Origin: Candidatus Iainarchaeum sp.
GTDB taxonomy: Archaea; Iainarchaeota; Iainarchaeia; Iainarchaeales; JAXPJC01
DNA: 64,000 nucleotides
NCBI GenBank assembly: GCA_016187745.1
Contig: JACPJC010000006.1
Coordinates: 104,005-168,004 of the forward strand
Reading direction: 5' to 3'
The notes below the pieces were generated by a model that made no database searches, was not told the origin of the DNA, and was given only the letters and a program-made list of their open reading frames with translations. Both the position numbers and the translations under genes were made by a program. Positions 1 to 10,100 of this stretch are shown piece after piece. The stretch's first letter is position 1. Each line of letters opens with the position of its first letter.

Positions 1-358
1 TCGGGTCCTTTACAAACATCGAGACAATCATGTCCCAGCGGCCCCTGCACGAAACAACCCAGTTTGTATATTTGCTTTCAACAAGGCGCCTGATTAGGGC
101 GTTTTCCCTTTCTGCCGAAAGGCTCTGGAAGCGCAGAAAAATCCTGTAGCCTATCGGGAAAAGCGCCCCCCTGTTGATAACGCAGTAAATTTTTTTGATG
201 ATGCCTTCATTGATCAGGCGCTGGATCCTGTAAGCAACAACATGCTCATTTGCCCTTGCCTTTTTTGCAATCGCCTTGTTTGATTGCCTCGAATTCTCTT
301 CCAAAGCGGCCAATATCTTCTTGTCTGTTTTGTCGAGGGCAAAAAACTCCGCAGCCAT
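1..358 (-). CDS. Lrp/AsnC-family transcriptional regulator (runs off window edge)
   Basis: Manual translation from ATG 358: MAAEFFALDKTDKKILAALEENSRQSNKAIAKKA...VAYRIQRLINEGIIKKF is an Lrp-type HTH. Divergent from the liv operon. Confidence 0.85.
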   Translation of the reverse strand, partial: MAAEFFALDKTDKKILAALEENSRQSNKAIAKKARANEHVVAYRIQRLINEGIIKKIYCVINRGALFPIGYRIFLRFQSLSAERENALIRRLVESKYTNWVVSCRGRWDMIVSMFVKDP

Positions 359-475
359 ATGCATAAAAACGATAAAAATCATTAAAAATCTATTTTTTAT
401 AGCAAAATTATGAAAAAAGTGTTATTAATACTAAAAAACAAGTATTTTTATCGTTTAACTAGGGGTGATGAAAAA

Positions 476-1624
476 GTGAACAGGCGCATAATTCTGATTT
501 CGGCTGCGGTCATTGCTGTTGGTCTGGTTGTGTTTTTTGGCTTGAATCAAATGGGCCTTGCTGGCTTAAGCGCCCCGGAGGGCGCGGGAGGCACTGTTAA
601 AATTGGCATAATGCTCCCTTTAACAGGCGATGCTGCATTGTATGGCGAGAGCATTGGAACTTCATTGGAACTTGCAAAGGAAGAAATAAATGCGGAGGGG
701 GGCATTCTGGGCAGGGAAGTTGAATTGGTCTTGGAGGATTCCGCGTGCAATGCGAATGAAGGGGTAAAGGCAATAAACAGCTTAGTGAATTTGAAGGGAT
801 TGAAGCTCATCATTGCTGCGGAGTGCAGCGGCCCAAGCCTTACTGCTGCGCCGGTTGCGGAAGATGCAAAGGCCCTTTATCTGGTTGCTGTTGCAAGCAA
901 CCCTGACATAAAGTACGCCGGAGACTATGTTTTCAGAATCGCCCCGAGCGATGCGCAGCAGGGAAAGGATATTGCGCAAATTGTTTACGATGGGGGATTC
1001 AGAAATACTGCGGTTTTATTTATGGACAATGCATACGGAGAAGGGATTGCGGGGGTTTTTATGGAAGAAATTGGAAGGCTTGGCGGAAAAGTTGCAATCA
1101 AGCAGCGCTTCAACCAGGATGATTCTGATTTCAGGACCCAGCTTTTGAAAACTAAGGAAACAGGGCCTGATTCCCTGTTCGTTGTTGGCTATCCGCAGGC
1201 ATACCAGCTCATAATCAAGCAGATGTATGAGTTGGGATTGAATGCGCAGATATTTGCAGGCGACACATTCAAGGAGGCATCCATTGTGGAAGCGCTGGGG
1301 GATAAGGTAGAAGGCGCTATTTTTTCAGCGTATGCTGAAAGCAATTCGGAGGAATTCAGGCGGTTCAAGGAAGCCTACAGGAAAAAATATGGAAAAGAGT
1401 ACGGCCCATACGGGGATTATGGGTATGACAGCCTTTATGTGCTGAAAGCAGGCATTGAATATGCAAAAAGCTTTGATCCGGAAGTGCTGAAGGAGAAATT
1501 ATACGGGGTTGAATATCGCGGGGTTACGGGCCTAACGAAATTCGACTCATACGGGGAAGTGGACAAGCCTTTCGGAATAATGACTGTGAAGGATGGGATG
1601 TTTGTGCCTTATGAGGCGGGCTGA
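476..1624 (+). CDS. livK: Branched-chain amino acid ABC transporter substrate-binding protein
   Basis: N-terminal TM, KIGIMLPLTG, GGILGREVELVLED, FRIAPSD. Start placed at GTG 476 after SD GGGGTGA. Confidence 0.92.
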   Translation: MNRRIILISAAVIAVGLVVFFGLNQMGLAGLSAPEGAGGTVKIGIMLPLTGDAALYGESIGTSLELAKEEINAEGGILGREVELVLEDSACNANEGVKAINSLVNLKGLKLIIAAECSGPSLTAAPVAEDAKALYLVAVASNPDIKYAGDYVFRIAPSDAQQGKDIAQIVYDGGFRNTAVLFMDNAYGEGIAGVFMEEIGRLGGKVAIKQRFNQDDSDFRTQLLKTKETGPDSLFVVGYPQAYQLIIKQMYELGLNAQIFAGDTFKEASIVEALGDKVEGAIFSAYAESNSEEFRRFKEAYRKKYGKEYGPYGDYGYDSLYVLKAGIEYAKSFDPEVLKEKLYGVEYRGVTGLTKFDSYGEVDKPFGIMTVKDGMFVPYEAG

Positions 1625-1713
1625 AAAGGCAATTGGCGCAAGTAACATTCCGGAAATCAGCCTCCATCAATTAGTTAATTTAATTAACTCTTTTTTCCTT
1701 TATATTTGGTTTT

Positions 1714-2589
1714 ATGGTTCTGGAGCAATTGGCGGTAAATGGCATAATTGCGGGTTCTGAGTACGCGCTGCTCGCGATCGGGCTGACCCTGATTTATGGA
1801 ATTCTGAGGCTCATTCATTTTGCCCATGGGGAAGTGGCAATGGTGGGGGCTTACAGCGCTTTTGTTGTTAGCGTGGTTTTTGGCCTGCCACTGATTGCAG
1901 GGTTTTTTGTCGCAATTGCCGCAGGGGCATTGCTTGGAATCGCAGTCAACAGGATTGCGTTCAGGCCGGTAAGAAAACAGCACATACTTATCGGGCTCAT
2001 TACAGCAATTGCGGTTTCAATTCTGCTGCAGAATGCCATTGCATTGTTTTTCGGGAATGACATAAAAACATACAATCTGGGGGCTGTTGAGAAAGGGATT
2101 GAAGTATTTGGATTCATCATAACAAAAACGCAGATAGTGATTGTTTTTACAGCAGTTGCCTTAATGCTGCTGACCTGGGCATTCATTAAGAAAACAAAAA
2201 TAGGGCAGCAGGTGAGGGCGGTTGCGGACAACAGGGAACTGGCTGAAAGCATCGGAATTGATTCTGAGAAAGTAATCGCATGCACCTTTGCATTTGGCTC
2301 TGCCCTGGCTGCAGCAGGGGGAGTATTAATTGCGGCCGAAACAAATTTAGCGCCAATGATGGGCCTGATGCCGAACATCAAGGCATTTGCTGCAATTATT
2401 GTTGGAGGCATTGGAAGCATTCCGGGGGCGATTTTTGGCTCATACTTCATTGGCCTGGCCGAGAATATTGGGATATGGTTTTTGCCTTCAGGCTACAAGG
2501 ATGCGATTGCATTCTTTATTCTCGTAATTTTCCTTTTGTTCATGCCAACCGGAATTTTCGGTAAGAAGAAGGAGGGAATTGAGCAATGA
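1714..2589 (+). CDS. livH: Branched-chain amino acid ABC permease
   Basis: GLTLIYGILRLIHFAHGE, IIVGGIGSIPGA; multi-TM. Confidence 0.93.
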   Translation: MVLEQLAVNGIIAGSEYALLAIGLTLIYGILRLIHFAHGEVAMVGAYSAFVVSVVFGLPLIAGFFVAIAAGALLGIAVNRIAFRPVRKQHILIGLITAIAVSILLQNAIALFFGNDIKTYNLGAVEKGIEVFGFIITKTQIVIVFTAVALMLLTWAFIKKTKIGQQVRAVADNRELAESIGIDSEKVIACTFAFGSALAAAGGVLIAAETNLAPMMGLMPNIKAFAAIIVGGIGSIPGAIFGSYFIGLAENIGIWFLPSGYKDAIAFFILVIFLLFMPTGIFGKKKEGIEQ

Positions 2590-3479
2590 TTGAGGCATAT
2601 ATACTGCATCTGCTGATCTTCATCTGCATTTATGCAATTCTTTCAATGAGCCTGAATCTCATTACGGGATATGCGGGCATGCTTAACTTGGGCCATGCTG
2701 CATTCTTTGGAATCGGGGCATATGCCTCTGTTTTGATTGTCATGGCAGGATTTCCATTCTGGCTTGGCTTTATTGCTGCAGGCGCAATTGCCGCATTTTT
2801 CGGGCTGCTCCTGAGCGTTCCGGCACTGAGGTTGAGGGGGGACTTCCTTGCAATTGCAACTCTTGCTTTTGGGGAAATAATCCGGAGCATCTTGGTGAAC
2901 TGGACCGAATTTACAAGGGGGCCGCTTGGAATCCCCGGCATACCAAAGCCTGAAATTTTTGGAATTGCTTTTGATTCGCTCTGGATGTATTTTATTCTGG
3001 CTTTTATAATTGCCGCAGTTGCATACTTTGTTTTGAGGCATTTGCTGAATTCAAATTTTGGAATTGCCCTGAAGGCAATAAGGGAAAATGAATCTGTTGC
3101 TGCGAGCCTGGGAAAAAATGTGAATCTGCTCAAAATGCAGGCATTTGTTGTTGGCGCATTTTTTGCGGGCCTTGCGGGGAGCCTCTTCGCCCACTACATT
3201 ACTTTTATTGACCCGGGAACTTTTGTCCTCGGGGAAACAATACTGATGCTGCTTATGGTTGCGCTCGGGGGGATGGGAAGCCTTGAGGGAAGCATACTTG
3301 GCGCAATAATCCTGATTCTGCTGCCTGAGCCCCTGCGCTTTATAGGGCTGCCTTCCGCGGTTGTTGGGCCGCTAAGGCAAATTATTTATGCAGCAATACT
3401 CATAGTATTAGTAATAAAAAAGCCCAGGGGGCTGCTTGGAACGCAATGGTTTGGGGGGATTGTAAGTGATAGCAATTGA
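2586..3479 (+). CDS. livM: Branched-chain amino acid ABC permease
   Basis: GYAGMLNLGHAAFFGIGAY, LRLRGDFLAIATLAFGE, AIRENE. ATGA overlap with livH. Confidence 0.93.
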   Translation: MIEAYILHLLIFICIYAILSMSLNLITGYAGMLNLGHAAFFGIGAYASVLIVMAGFPFWLGFIAAGAIAAFFGLLLSVPALRLRGDFLAIATLAFGEIIRSILVNWTEFTRGPLGIPGIPKPEIFGIAFDSLWMYFILAFIIAAVAYFVLRHLLNSNFGIALKAIRENESVAASLGKNVNLLKMQAFVVGAFFAGLAGSLFAHYITFIDPGTFVLGETILMLLMVALGGMGSLEGSILGAIILILLPEPLRFIGLPSAVVGPLRQIIYAAILIVLVIKKPRGLLGTQWFGGIVSDSN

Positions 3480-4104
3480 ATTGAAGGGAATTTCAAAAAA
3501 ATTTGGCGGGGTTACTGCACTTGATAATGTTTCCTTCAAGTTGGAGAAGGGAAAAACCCTTGGGCTTGTTGGGGGCAATGGCTCCGGAAAAACAACCCTG
3601 CTGAATTCAATTACAAAAATGGTTGCTCCGGACAGGGGGGAGGTTTATTTCAAGGGAAAGCGCATTGACAAACTTCCGGCATACAGGATTGCAAGGCTTG
3701 GCATCGGGAGAATATTCCAAACCGGGGGAGTTTTCAAGAACATGACTGTGCTTGAGAATTTGCTTGTTGCATCCGACGGGAAGAGGGAGAATGAGGCAGA
3801 GAGAATTCTGAAGGAAGTGGCATTGCTGGAAAAGAAGGGTAAAAAGGCCGCAACCCTGAGCGGGGGCCAGCAGAGGCTGCTTGAATTCGGAAGGGTAATG
3901 GTCAGGAATGATGAATTGATCCTGCTTGATGAGCCGTTTGCAGGGGTAAGCGCGGAAAACAGCAGGAAGATTGAAAGCGTAATAAAAAAACTTCAGGAAG
4001 AGGGCAAGACAATTATCCTGATTGAGCACGACAGCGCAAGAATCAAAAGATTGTGCAACCAGATAATCGAGCTTGAGAAGGGAAGCATAATTAGAAGAGA
4101 ATGA
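3466..4104 (+). CDS. ABC transporter ATP-binding subunit (LivG/LivF-like)
   Basis: Walker A GGNGSGKT, LSGGQ signature, LLDEP, H-loop IEH. Confidence 0.9.
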   Translation: MIAIELKGISKKFGGVTALDNVSFKLEKGKTLGLVGGNGSGKTTLLNSITKMVAPDRGEVYFKGKRIDKLPAYRIARLGIGRIFQTGGVFKNMTVLENLLVASDGKRENEAERILKEVALLEKKGKKAATLSGGQQRLLEFGRVMVRNDELILLDEPFAGVSAENSRKIESVIKKLQEEGKTIILIEHDSARIKRLCNQIIELEKGSIIRRE

Positions 4105-4236
4105 ATGTGCCGTTCACCTGTCAGCCCTAACGGTCAGGCAGCTCGCAGGCATTCAGGAATTACTTCAATCTGATCTGGAAGATTGCGACAAATTAGACTG
4201 CATTATATTATATCCTTTTCTTTGCTATTTTTTATA

Positions 4237-5235
4237 ATGCAGAATAAAATCCAGGAGCTGCTTGACCACGCATTCGGGCAGGCGAGGAAACGCGCGGAAA
4301 AACTGCCTAAAATGAAGAACAAGTTCAAGCGCGTGAGGATTGAGGAAACCACAAAAATAAAGGCCGTGGCGGATGCGCTTGCAGCGGGGCTTGATAAGGT
4401 TGTTGAGGAATTCCCGGACTTTTCAAAATTGCATCCGTTTTACGCGGAGCTGTTTGATGCGATTGTGAGCGTTGCAGAACTGAAAAAGGCGCTTGCGCAC
4501 ATAAGCGATGCCGCGGAAATAATAAAGAGGCTTAAGCACAGGAAGATTTACGAAATTGGCAGCATTTACAGGAAAACAGAAACCGAGCGCATGTCGGCAA
4601 TAAGGAATGAATTTTACGGGCGCGCGGCATCGGTTGTGAATGACCTGCAGGGGAGCTTCGGGGTAATCGAGAATGCGCGGAGCAAATTGAAGGAGAAGCC
4701 GGAAATAAAATTTGACCTGCCGACTGTTATAATTGCCGGCTTTCCGAATGTCGGGAAAACAACAATACTGAAGCGCCTTACGGGGAGCGAGCCGGAGATT
4801 GCGCCATACCCCTTCACAACAAAATCAATAAAACTGGGCTATTTCAAATTGAAGTATGAGAAAATCCAGGTTATTGATACGCCCGGGCTGCTTGACAGGC
4901 CCATGGAAAAGCGCAACGCGATTGAAAGGAAGGCTGTAATCGCAATAAGGCACCTTGCGAATGCGGTTGTTTTTGCGCTTGACGCAACAACATATTCGGG
5001 ATACAGGCTCGGGGAGCAGATGCACCTGCTGAAGGAAATAATGGGCGCATTTGGGAAAATCCCATTGATTGTTGCAATAAACAAGGCGGACCTTGCTAGC
5101 GGGGAAGAAATTGAAAATGCGAAAAAGTCCGTGAAGGAAATCGGCATAAATGAAACCGTCCTGTGCGGGGAAGGCATAGGGGATGAGGCGCTTAAGGAGA
5201 AAATAATGAGGATGATTCAGCGGAAATCCGCTTAG
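4237..5235 (+). CDS. NOG1-family GTP-binding protein
   Basis: GFPNVGKT, PYPFTT, DTPG, NKAD, with the helical N-terminal LHPFYAEL region. Confidence 0.92.
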   Translation: MQNKIQELLDHAFGQARKRAEKLPKMKNKFKRVRIEETTKIKAVADALAAGLDKVVEEFPDFSKLHPFYAELFDAIVSVAELKKALAHISDAAEIIKRLKHRKIYEIGSIYRKTETERMSAIRNEFYGRAASVVNDLQGSFGVIENARSKLKEKPEIKFDLPTVIIAGFPNVGKTTILKRLTGSEPEIAPYPFTTKSIKLGYFKLKYEKIQVIDTPGLLDRPMEKRNAIERKAVIAIRHLANAVVFALDATTYSGYRLGEQMHLLKEIMGAFGKIPLIVAINKADLASGEEIENAKKSVKEIGINETVLCGEGIGDEALKEKIMRMIQRKSA

Positions 5236-5324
5236 GAAAGGCATTTAAACATTTTATTGCTGGATTATATTATTCTTGATTGCCTTGCTGAACTGCTTGG
5301 CGACTTGTTTTAGGGAGTGGAAAA

Positions 5325-5606
5325 ATGCTGGCTGAAACGCAGGAACAGGCTTCCCATATAGCGGAACTGATGGAAAACATAGTTGCGGACAATTCGGTTC
5401 CAAGGAACATAAGGAAAATTGTGGAGGAGGCGAAAAACAAAATCCTCTCGCAGGAGGAATTTGACACGAAGATAACCTCTGCAATCTATCTCCTTGATGA
5501 CATAAGCAATGACATAAACATGCCAAGCCACACGCGCACTGAACTCTGGACGCTCATATCCAAGCTCGAGGCAATTAGGGGAAACAAAAAAGAAGTAGTG
5601 CCTTGA
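5325..5606 (+). CDS. UPF0147-family protein
   Basis: DNSVPRNIR...LDDISNDINMPSHTRT signature. Confidence 0.85.
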   Translation: MLAETQEQASHIAELMENIVADNSVPRNIRKIVEEAKNKILSQEEFDTKITSAIYLLDDISNDINMPSHTRTELWTLISKLEAIRGNKKEVVP

Positions 5607-7147
5607 TGCAGGAAATGCAGAAAAAGCCAAGTGCTGAAGAGATTGTCAGTTATGCCAGCGAAAAGGCTGCTTTTGTAAATGCCGATGCGCTGGGGCCGCT
5701 TGCGGAATTTGGGGATTATAAAAAAATAATCGATGAGCTGCTTGCGGAAGGCATTTTTGAAATAGGGAAGGACAGGGTTTCTGAAAAAATTGCGAAATCA
5801 AGGGCAAAAATAAATGTTCTTGAAACCCCGATAATTGAGATAAGGCATGAGAGGTTCAGGCCGGAGGCAAGGGAATCCTCTGGAAAGGTGAAAATCCTTG
5901 AGGAGTATGATGTTACGGGGCAGAGCTTTTCCTCAGGAAGCGTGAAGGACTTCCTGAATTACTTCAGGGCGAAATTCGATGCGCTTTCGGAAATACTGAT
6001 GCAGCATCCGGGAATGAGCCCAAAATCAATAAGCTCATTGCACAACATCAGGATAGGCCCGGAGGGAAGGAAGGAATTTGATGTAATCGGCATGGTAAAG
6101 GACAAGTGGATAAGCAAGAAGGGGCATTTGATCCTCCAGCTTGAAGACCTTGAGGCCGAATGCGTTGCGGTAATTCCCAAGGATGATTTGGAGCTTACAA
6201 GGATTGGATTGAATGTATTGCCTGACAATGTGATATGCGTAAGGGCTGTGAAGGGGAGCCAGGGGATGGTAATCGCAAAGGGCATTGTGTTTCCTGAAGT
6301 TCCGCAGAGGGAACTCCCGAAAATCGAGAATGATGCGAGCATTGCAATTACTGCTGATGTGCACATCGGAAGCAAATTGTTCCTTGAGGAGAGCTTCAGG
6401 AGATTCTTGGCATGGATAAACGGCTCAATAGGGAATGAGAAGGAGGCTGAAAGGGCGGGAAAAATAAAATACCTTGTGTTTGCCGGGGACAATGTTGACG
6501 GCGTTGGAATCTACCCTGAACAGTTTGATGAGCTGGGAATAAAGGACATTTATGAGCAGTATGCTGAATTTGAGAAATTGGTAATGCAGATTCCGGAATA
6601 TGTGGAAATAATAATATGCCCGGGGCAGCATGATGCTGTTAGAAGGGCAGACCCACAGCCGGCAATTCCCAAGGAATTTGCCCCGAATCTCAGCAAAATG
6701 AGCAATGTGCATTTTGTCGGCTCCCCCGGCTGGTTTGAAGTGGAGGGTCTTAAATGCCTCGTATACCACGGGGCGTCGCTCCATGACCTGATTTCAAGCG
6801 TTACAACGCTGAGCTCAGCAAAGCCAGAGAAGGTAATGGTTGAAATCCTCAGGCGCAGGGATCTGATGCCAACCTATGGATTAAGGCAGCCCTATGTTCC
6901 TGAGAAAAAGGATTTCATGGTAATGAAGGAAGTGCCTGACCTTTATTTCGGGGGGGACATGCACCATGTGGGTTATGAGAGATACAGGGGAACGACGGTT
7001 GTGAATGCGGGAACGTGGCAGTCGCAAACCCCCTATCAGCTGAACTTAGGGCACATTCCAACCCCGGGAATTGTCCCGACAATAGACCTGAAGAAAAACA
7101 GCATAAGGGAAGTGCATTTCCTTGAGCAGGAATTGCGGGGCGCATAA
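5606..7147 (+). CDS. polB: DNA polymerase D small subunit DP1 (proofreading exonuclease)
   Basis: OB fold plus calcineurin-like phosphoesterase (ADVHIGS, GDNVDG, YHG, GTWQSQT). TGATG overlap with the upstream gene; directly precedes DP2. Confidence 0.95.
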   Translation: MQEMQKKPSAEEIVSYASEKAAFVNADALGPLAEFGDYKKIIDELLAEGIFEIGKDRVSEKIAKSRAKINVLETPIIEIRHERFRPEARESSGKVKILEEYDVTGQSFSSGSVKDFLNYFRAKFDALSEILMQHPGMSPKSISSLHNIRIGPEGRKEFDVIGMVKDKWISKKGHLILQLEDLEAECVAVIPKDDLELTRIGLNVLPDNVICVRAVKGSQGMVIAKGIVFPEVPQRELPKIENDASIAITADVHIGSKLFLEESFRRFLAWINGSIGNEKEAERAGKIKYLVFAGDNVDGVGIYPEQFDELGIKDIYEQYAEFEKLVMQIPEYVEIIICPGQHDAVRRADPQPAIPKEFAPNLSKMSNVHFVGSPGWFEVEGLKCLVYHGASLHDLISSVTTLSSAKPEKVMVEILRRRDLMPTYGLRQPYVPEKKDFMVMKEVPDLYFGGDMHHVGYERYRGTTVVNAGTWQSQTPYQLNLGHIPTPGIVPTIDLKKNSIREVHFLEQELRGA

Positions 7148-7148
7148 A

Positions 7149-10100
7149 ATGCAGAGCATGAATATTCTTGCGGGCGAGGGGATAAGGAATTATTACCAAA
7201 AAATTGCCGAGCGCGTGGATGCGCAGTTCTCTCTTGCAAAAAGCGCAAGGGCAAAAAACTATGATGTGTGCGCTTCTGTTGAGTCACTTCCTGCCGTTGA
7301 CCTTGCGGACCGCGCGGAAACTATTATCGGCCCAAAAGGAGTTGCGGCGCGCTACAGGGAACTGTATGCAAAGCACAACAACAGGGAGCTTGCAATATTT
7401 GATATTTTCAGGGACATAATCTCCGGAAAATTGGGGAACATTCAGGGGAATGAGAAAAGGGTTGAGCAGGCAATCAAGACTTCCCTTTGCTTAATTACCG
7501 AGGGGGTAGTTGTTGCGCCGATTGATGGATTGCCATATGTGAGGATAAGCAAAAATCCCGATGGGAGCGAATACGTGGATGTTTATTATGCGGGCCCAAT
7601 CCGCGCAGCCGGGGGAACTGCGCAAGTGCTGCCATTGATTCTCGGGGATTATGCCCGCGCACTTCTCTCTTTGGACAGATACAAGCCGACGGAAGCGGAA
7701 GTTGAGAGATATGTTGAGGAAGTCAAATTATATTCAACGCTCTACACAAGGCAGTATCCGATAAGCGAGGAGGAAATCCGCACAATAGTAAGGGGCTGCC
7801 CTGTGTGCATTAACGGGGAGCCGACGGAAAAGCTGGAAGTTTCAGTGTTTCGGGATCTTCAAAGAATTCCGAGCAACCGCATAAGGGGCGGGGCATGCCT
7901 TGTAATAAGCGACGGGATTGCGCTAAAGGCAATGGCAATCCTGAATTATGCGAAAATGCTGCAGCTTGACTGGAGCTGGCTTGAGAAAATAATAAAAGTT
8001 AAAAAATCCGGGGAGAAGGAGTCAGGGCTCCAGCCGAGCAAAAAATACCTTGAGGGAATTGCTGCGGGAAGGCCCATACTTGCGTATCCCCTGCGTTCCG
8101 GGGGCTTCAGGCTGCGCTATGGGAAAAGCAGGAACAATGGCATAATGGGAAAGTGCATACATCCCGCAACAATGGCGGTGCTGGACGAGTTTATTGCCGT
8201 TGGAACGCAGATGAAAATTGAGAGGCCGGGAAAGTCAGCGGGAATATTCCCCTGCGATTCAATTGAGGGGCCGATAGTGAAGCTCAAGGATGGAAGCGTG
8301 GTGCAGCTGCACACATATGGGAAAGCAAAAGAAATTGCAAATGATGTTGAGAAAATACTTTTTTTGGGGGATATGCTCGTAACTTACGGGGACTTCAAAA
8401 AATCCGCGCATCCTCTTGTTCCTGCAGGATATTGCGGGGAATGGTGGCTTCAGGAAGTGAAGAAGGCGCTTGGGGAAAATAAAAATGCGGATGCGGCTGA
8501 ATTCGCAAAAATAATGAAGAGCCCATTTGATGCGGATTATGAAACCGCAACTAAAGTTTCAGAAAAATTGAATGTTCCGCTGCATCCGCATTACATACAT
8601 TACTACTCCGCGCTGCAGAAACCCGAAATGCTTGAATTGATTGACGCAATAAGGGCTGCTGAAATTTCCGAACCGGATGGAAGAATTTCAGGGATAAAAA
8701 TTGAAAACAGCCCGAAAACAAAAGAATATCTTGAGAGGATCGGGCTGCCGCACAGATTGGGCGAAGGAAAAATTATTATTGAAAGGGAATTCGCGCCCGC
8801 GCTGCTTGGAACATTCGGCTTTTACAGCAAAAAGGTTCCTGAGGGGGAGAATGCGCTTGAAGTTCTCAACAGCATTTCAGATTTTGCAATAAGGGACAAG
8901 GGCGGAACTTTCATAGGGGCGAGGATGGGCAGGCCGGAATCCGCAAAGCCAAGGGTGATGGTGGGAAATCCGCATGTGCTTTTCCCTGTCGGATTGTATG
9001 GGGGCGCAACAAGAAGCCTGAACAAGGCGATGGATTCAGAAGAGGATTCCGCGGAGCACAAGTACAGGAGCAGGGAGGCAAAGATGCTGGGCGAGATCGA
9101 GGTTGAAATTGCATACCATAAGTGCCCGAACTGCGGGAAGATTCTCCCCTCCTCAATATGCTCGCAGTGCAGGTGCGGAACAAAAAAAATAACGCTTTGC
9201 GAGAAGTGCGGGACAGAATGCTTTGACGCATTGTGCAGGAACTGCAGGGGGGCTGCGAACTCCAGGGGCATGAAAAAAATAAACATTGATGAGCTGATGC
9301 GCTCTGCGGCGCTTAACTTAGGAACGGGAATTCCTGAAACTGTAAAAGGCGTGAAGGGGGTCATAAATGACGACAAATTTGTGGAGCCGCTTGAGAAGGG
9401 GATTCTGAGGGCGCGCCATGAGCTGCATGTGTTTCGCGACGCTACAATAAGGTTTGATTTGCTGAACGCGCCATTGACGCACTTCAAGCCGGGCGAAATT
9501 GAATTGGGGGTTGAGGAAGCGAAAAGGCTTGGATACGCAAAGGATGTTGATGGGAATGAGCTTGTCAGCCCTGAACAGATGCTTGAGCTGTTCCCGCAGG
9601 ACATAATAATAAATGAGAGCGCTGCGGAATTTTTCATAAGGGCTTCAAAGTTCATTGATGATTTGCTGGAGGATTTTTACGGCCTTGAGAGGTATTACAG
9701 GGCAAATTCAAAGCAGGATCTGATTGGGGAGCTGGTTCTCGGGCTTGCGCCGCACACATCTGCCGCAATTGTAGGCAGGATAATAGGGTATACAAAGGCA
9801 AGGGTGTGCTTTGCGCATCCATTTTTCCATCTTACAAAGCGCAGGAACATCGATGGGGACCAGGATTCAATTTTATTGCTGATGGACGCGCTCCTGAATT
9901 TCTCGCAGAAGTATCTTCCTTCCACGCGGGGAGCGAGGATGGATGCGCCGCTTGTTTTTACAATCGCGCTGAAGCCCAGTGAGATAGACAATGAGGCATT
10001 TGACATGGAAGTCTGTGGGGAATATCCATTGGAGCTTTATGAGAGGGCGCAGAGGCTCGAGCCCGCAAATCTTGAGGGCATTGAAAGGGTTATGCACCGT

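Noticed and set aside
4103-4152. H/ACA guide RNA on the minus strand (hairpin followed by ACA)
   Set aside because: Spacing from upper stem to ACA is about 7 nt rather than 14-16, and there is no proper K-loop.
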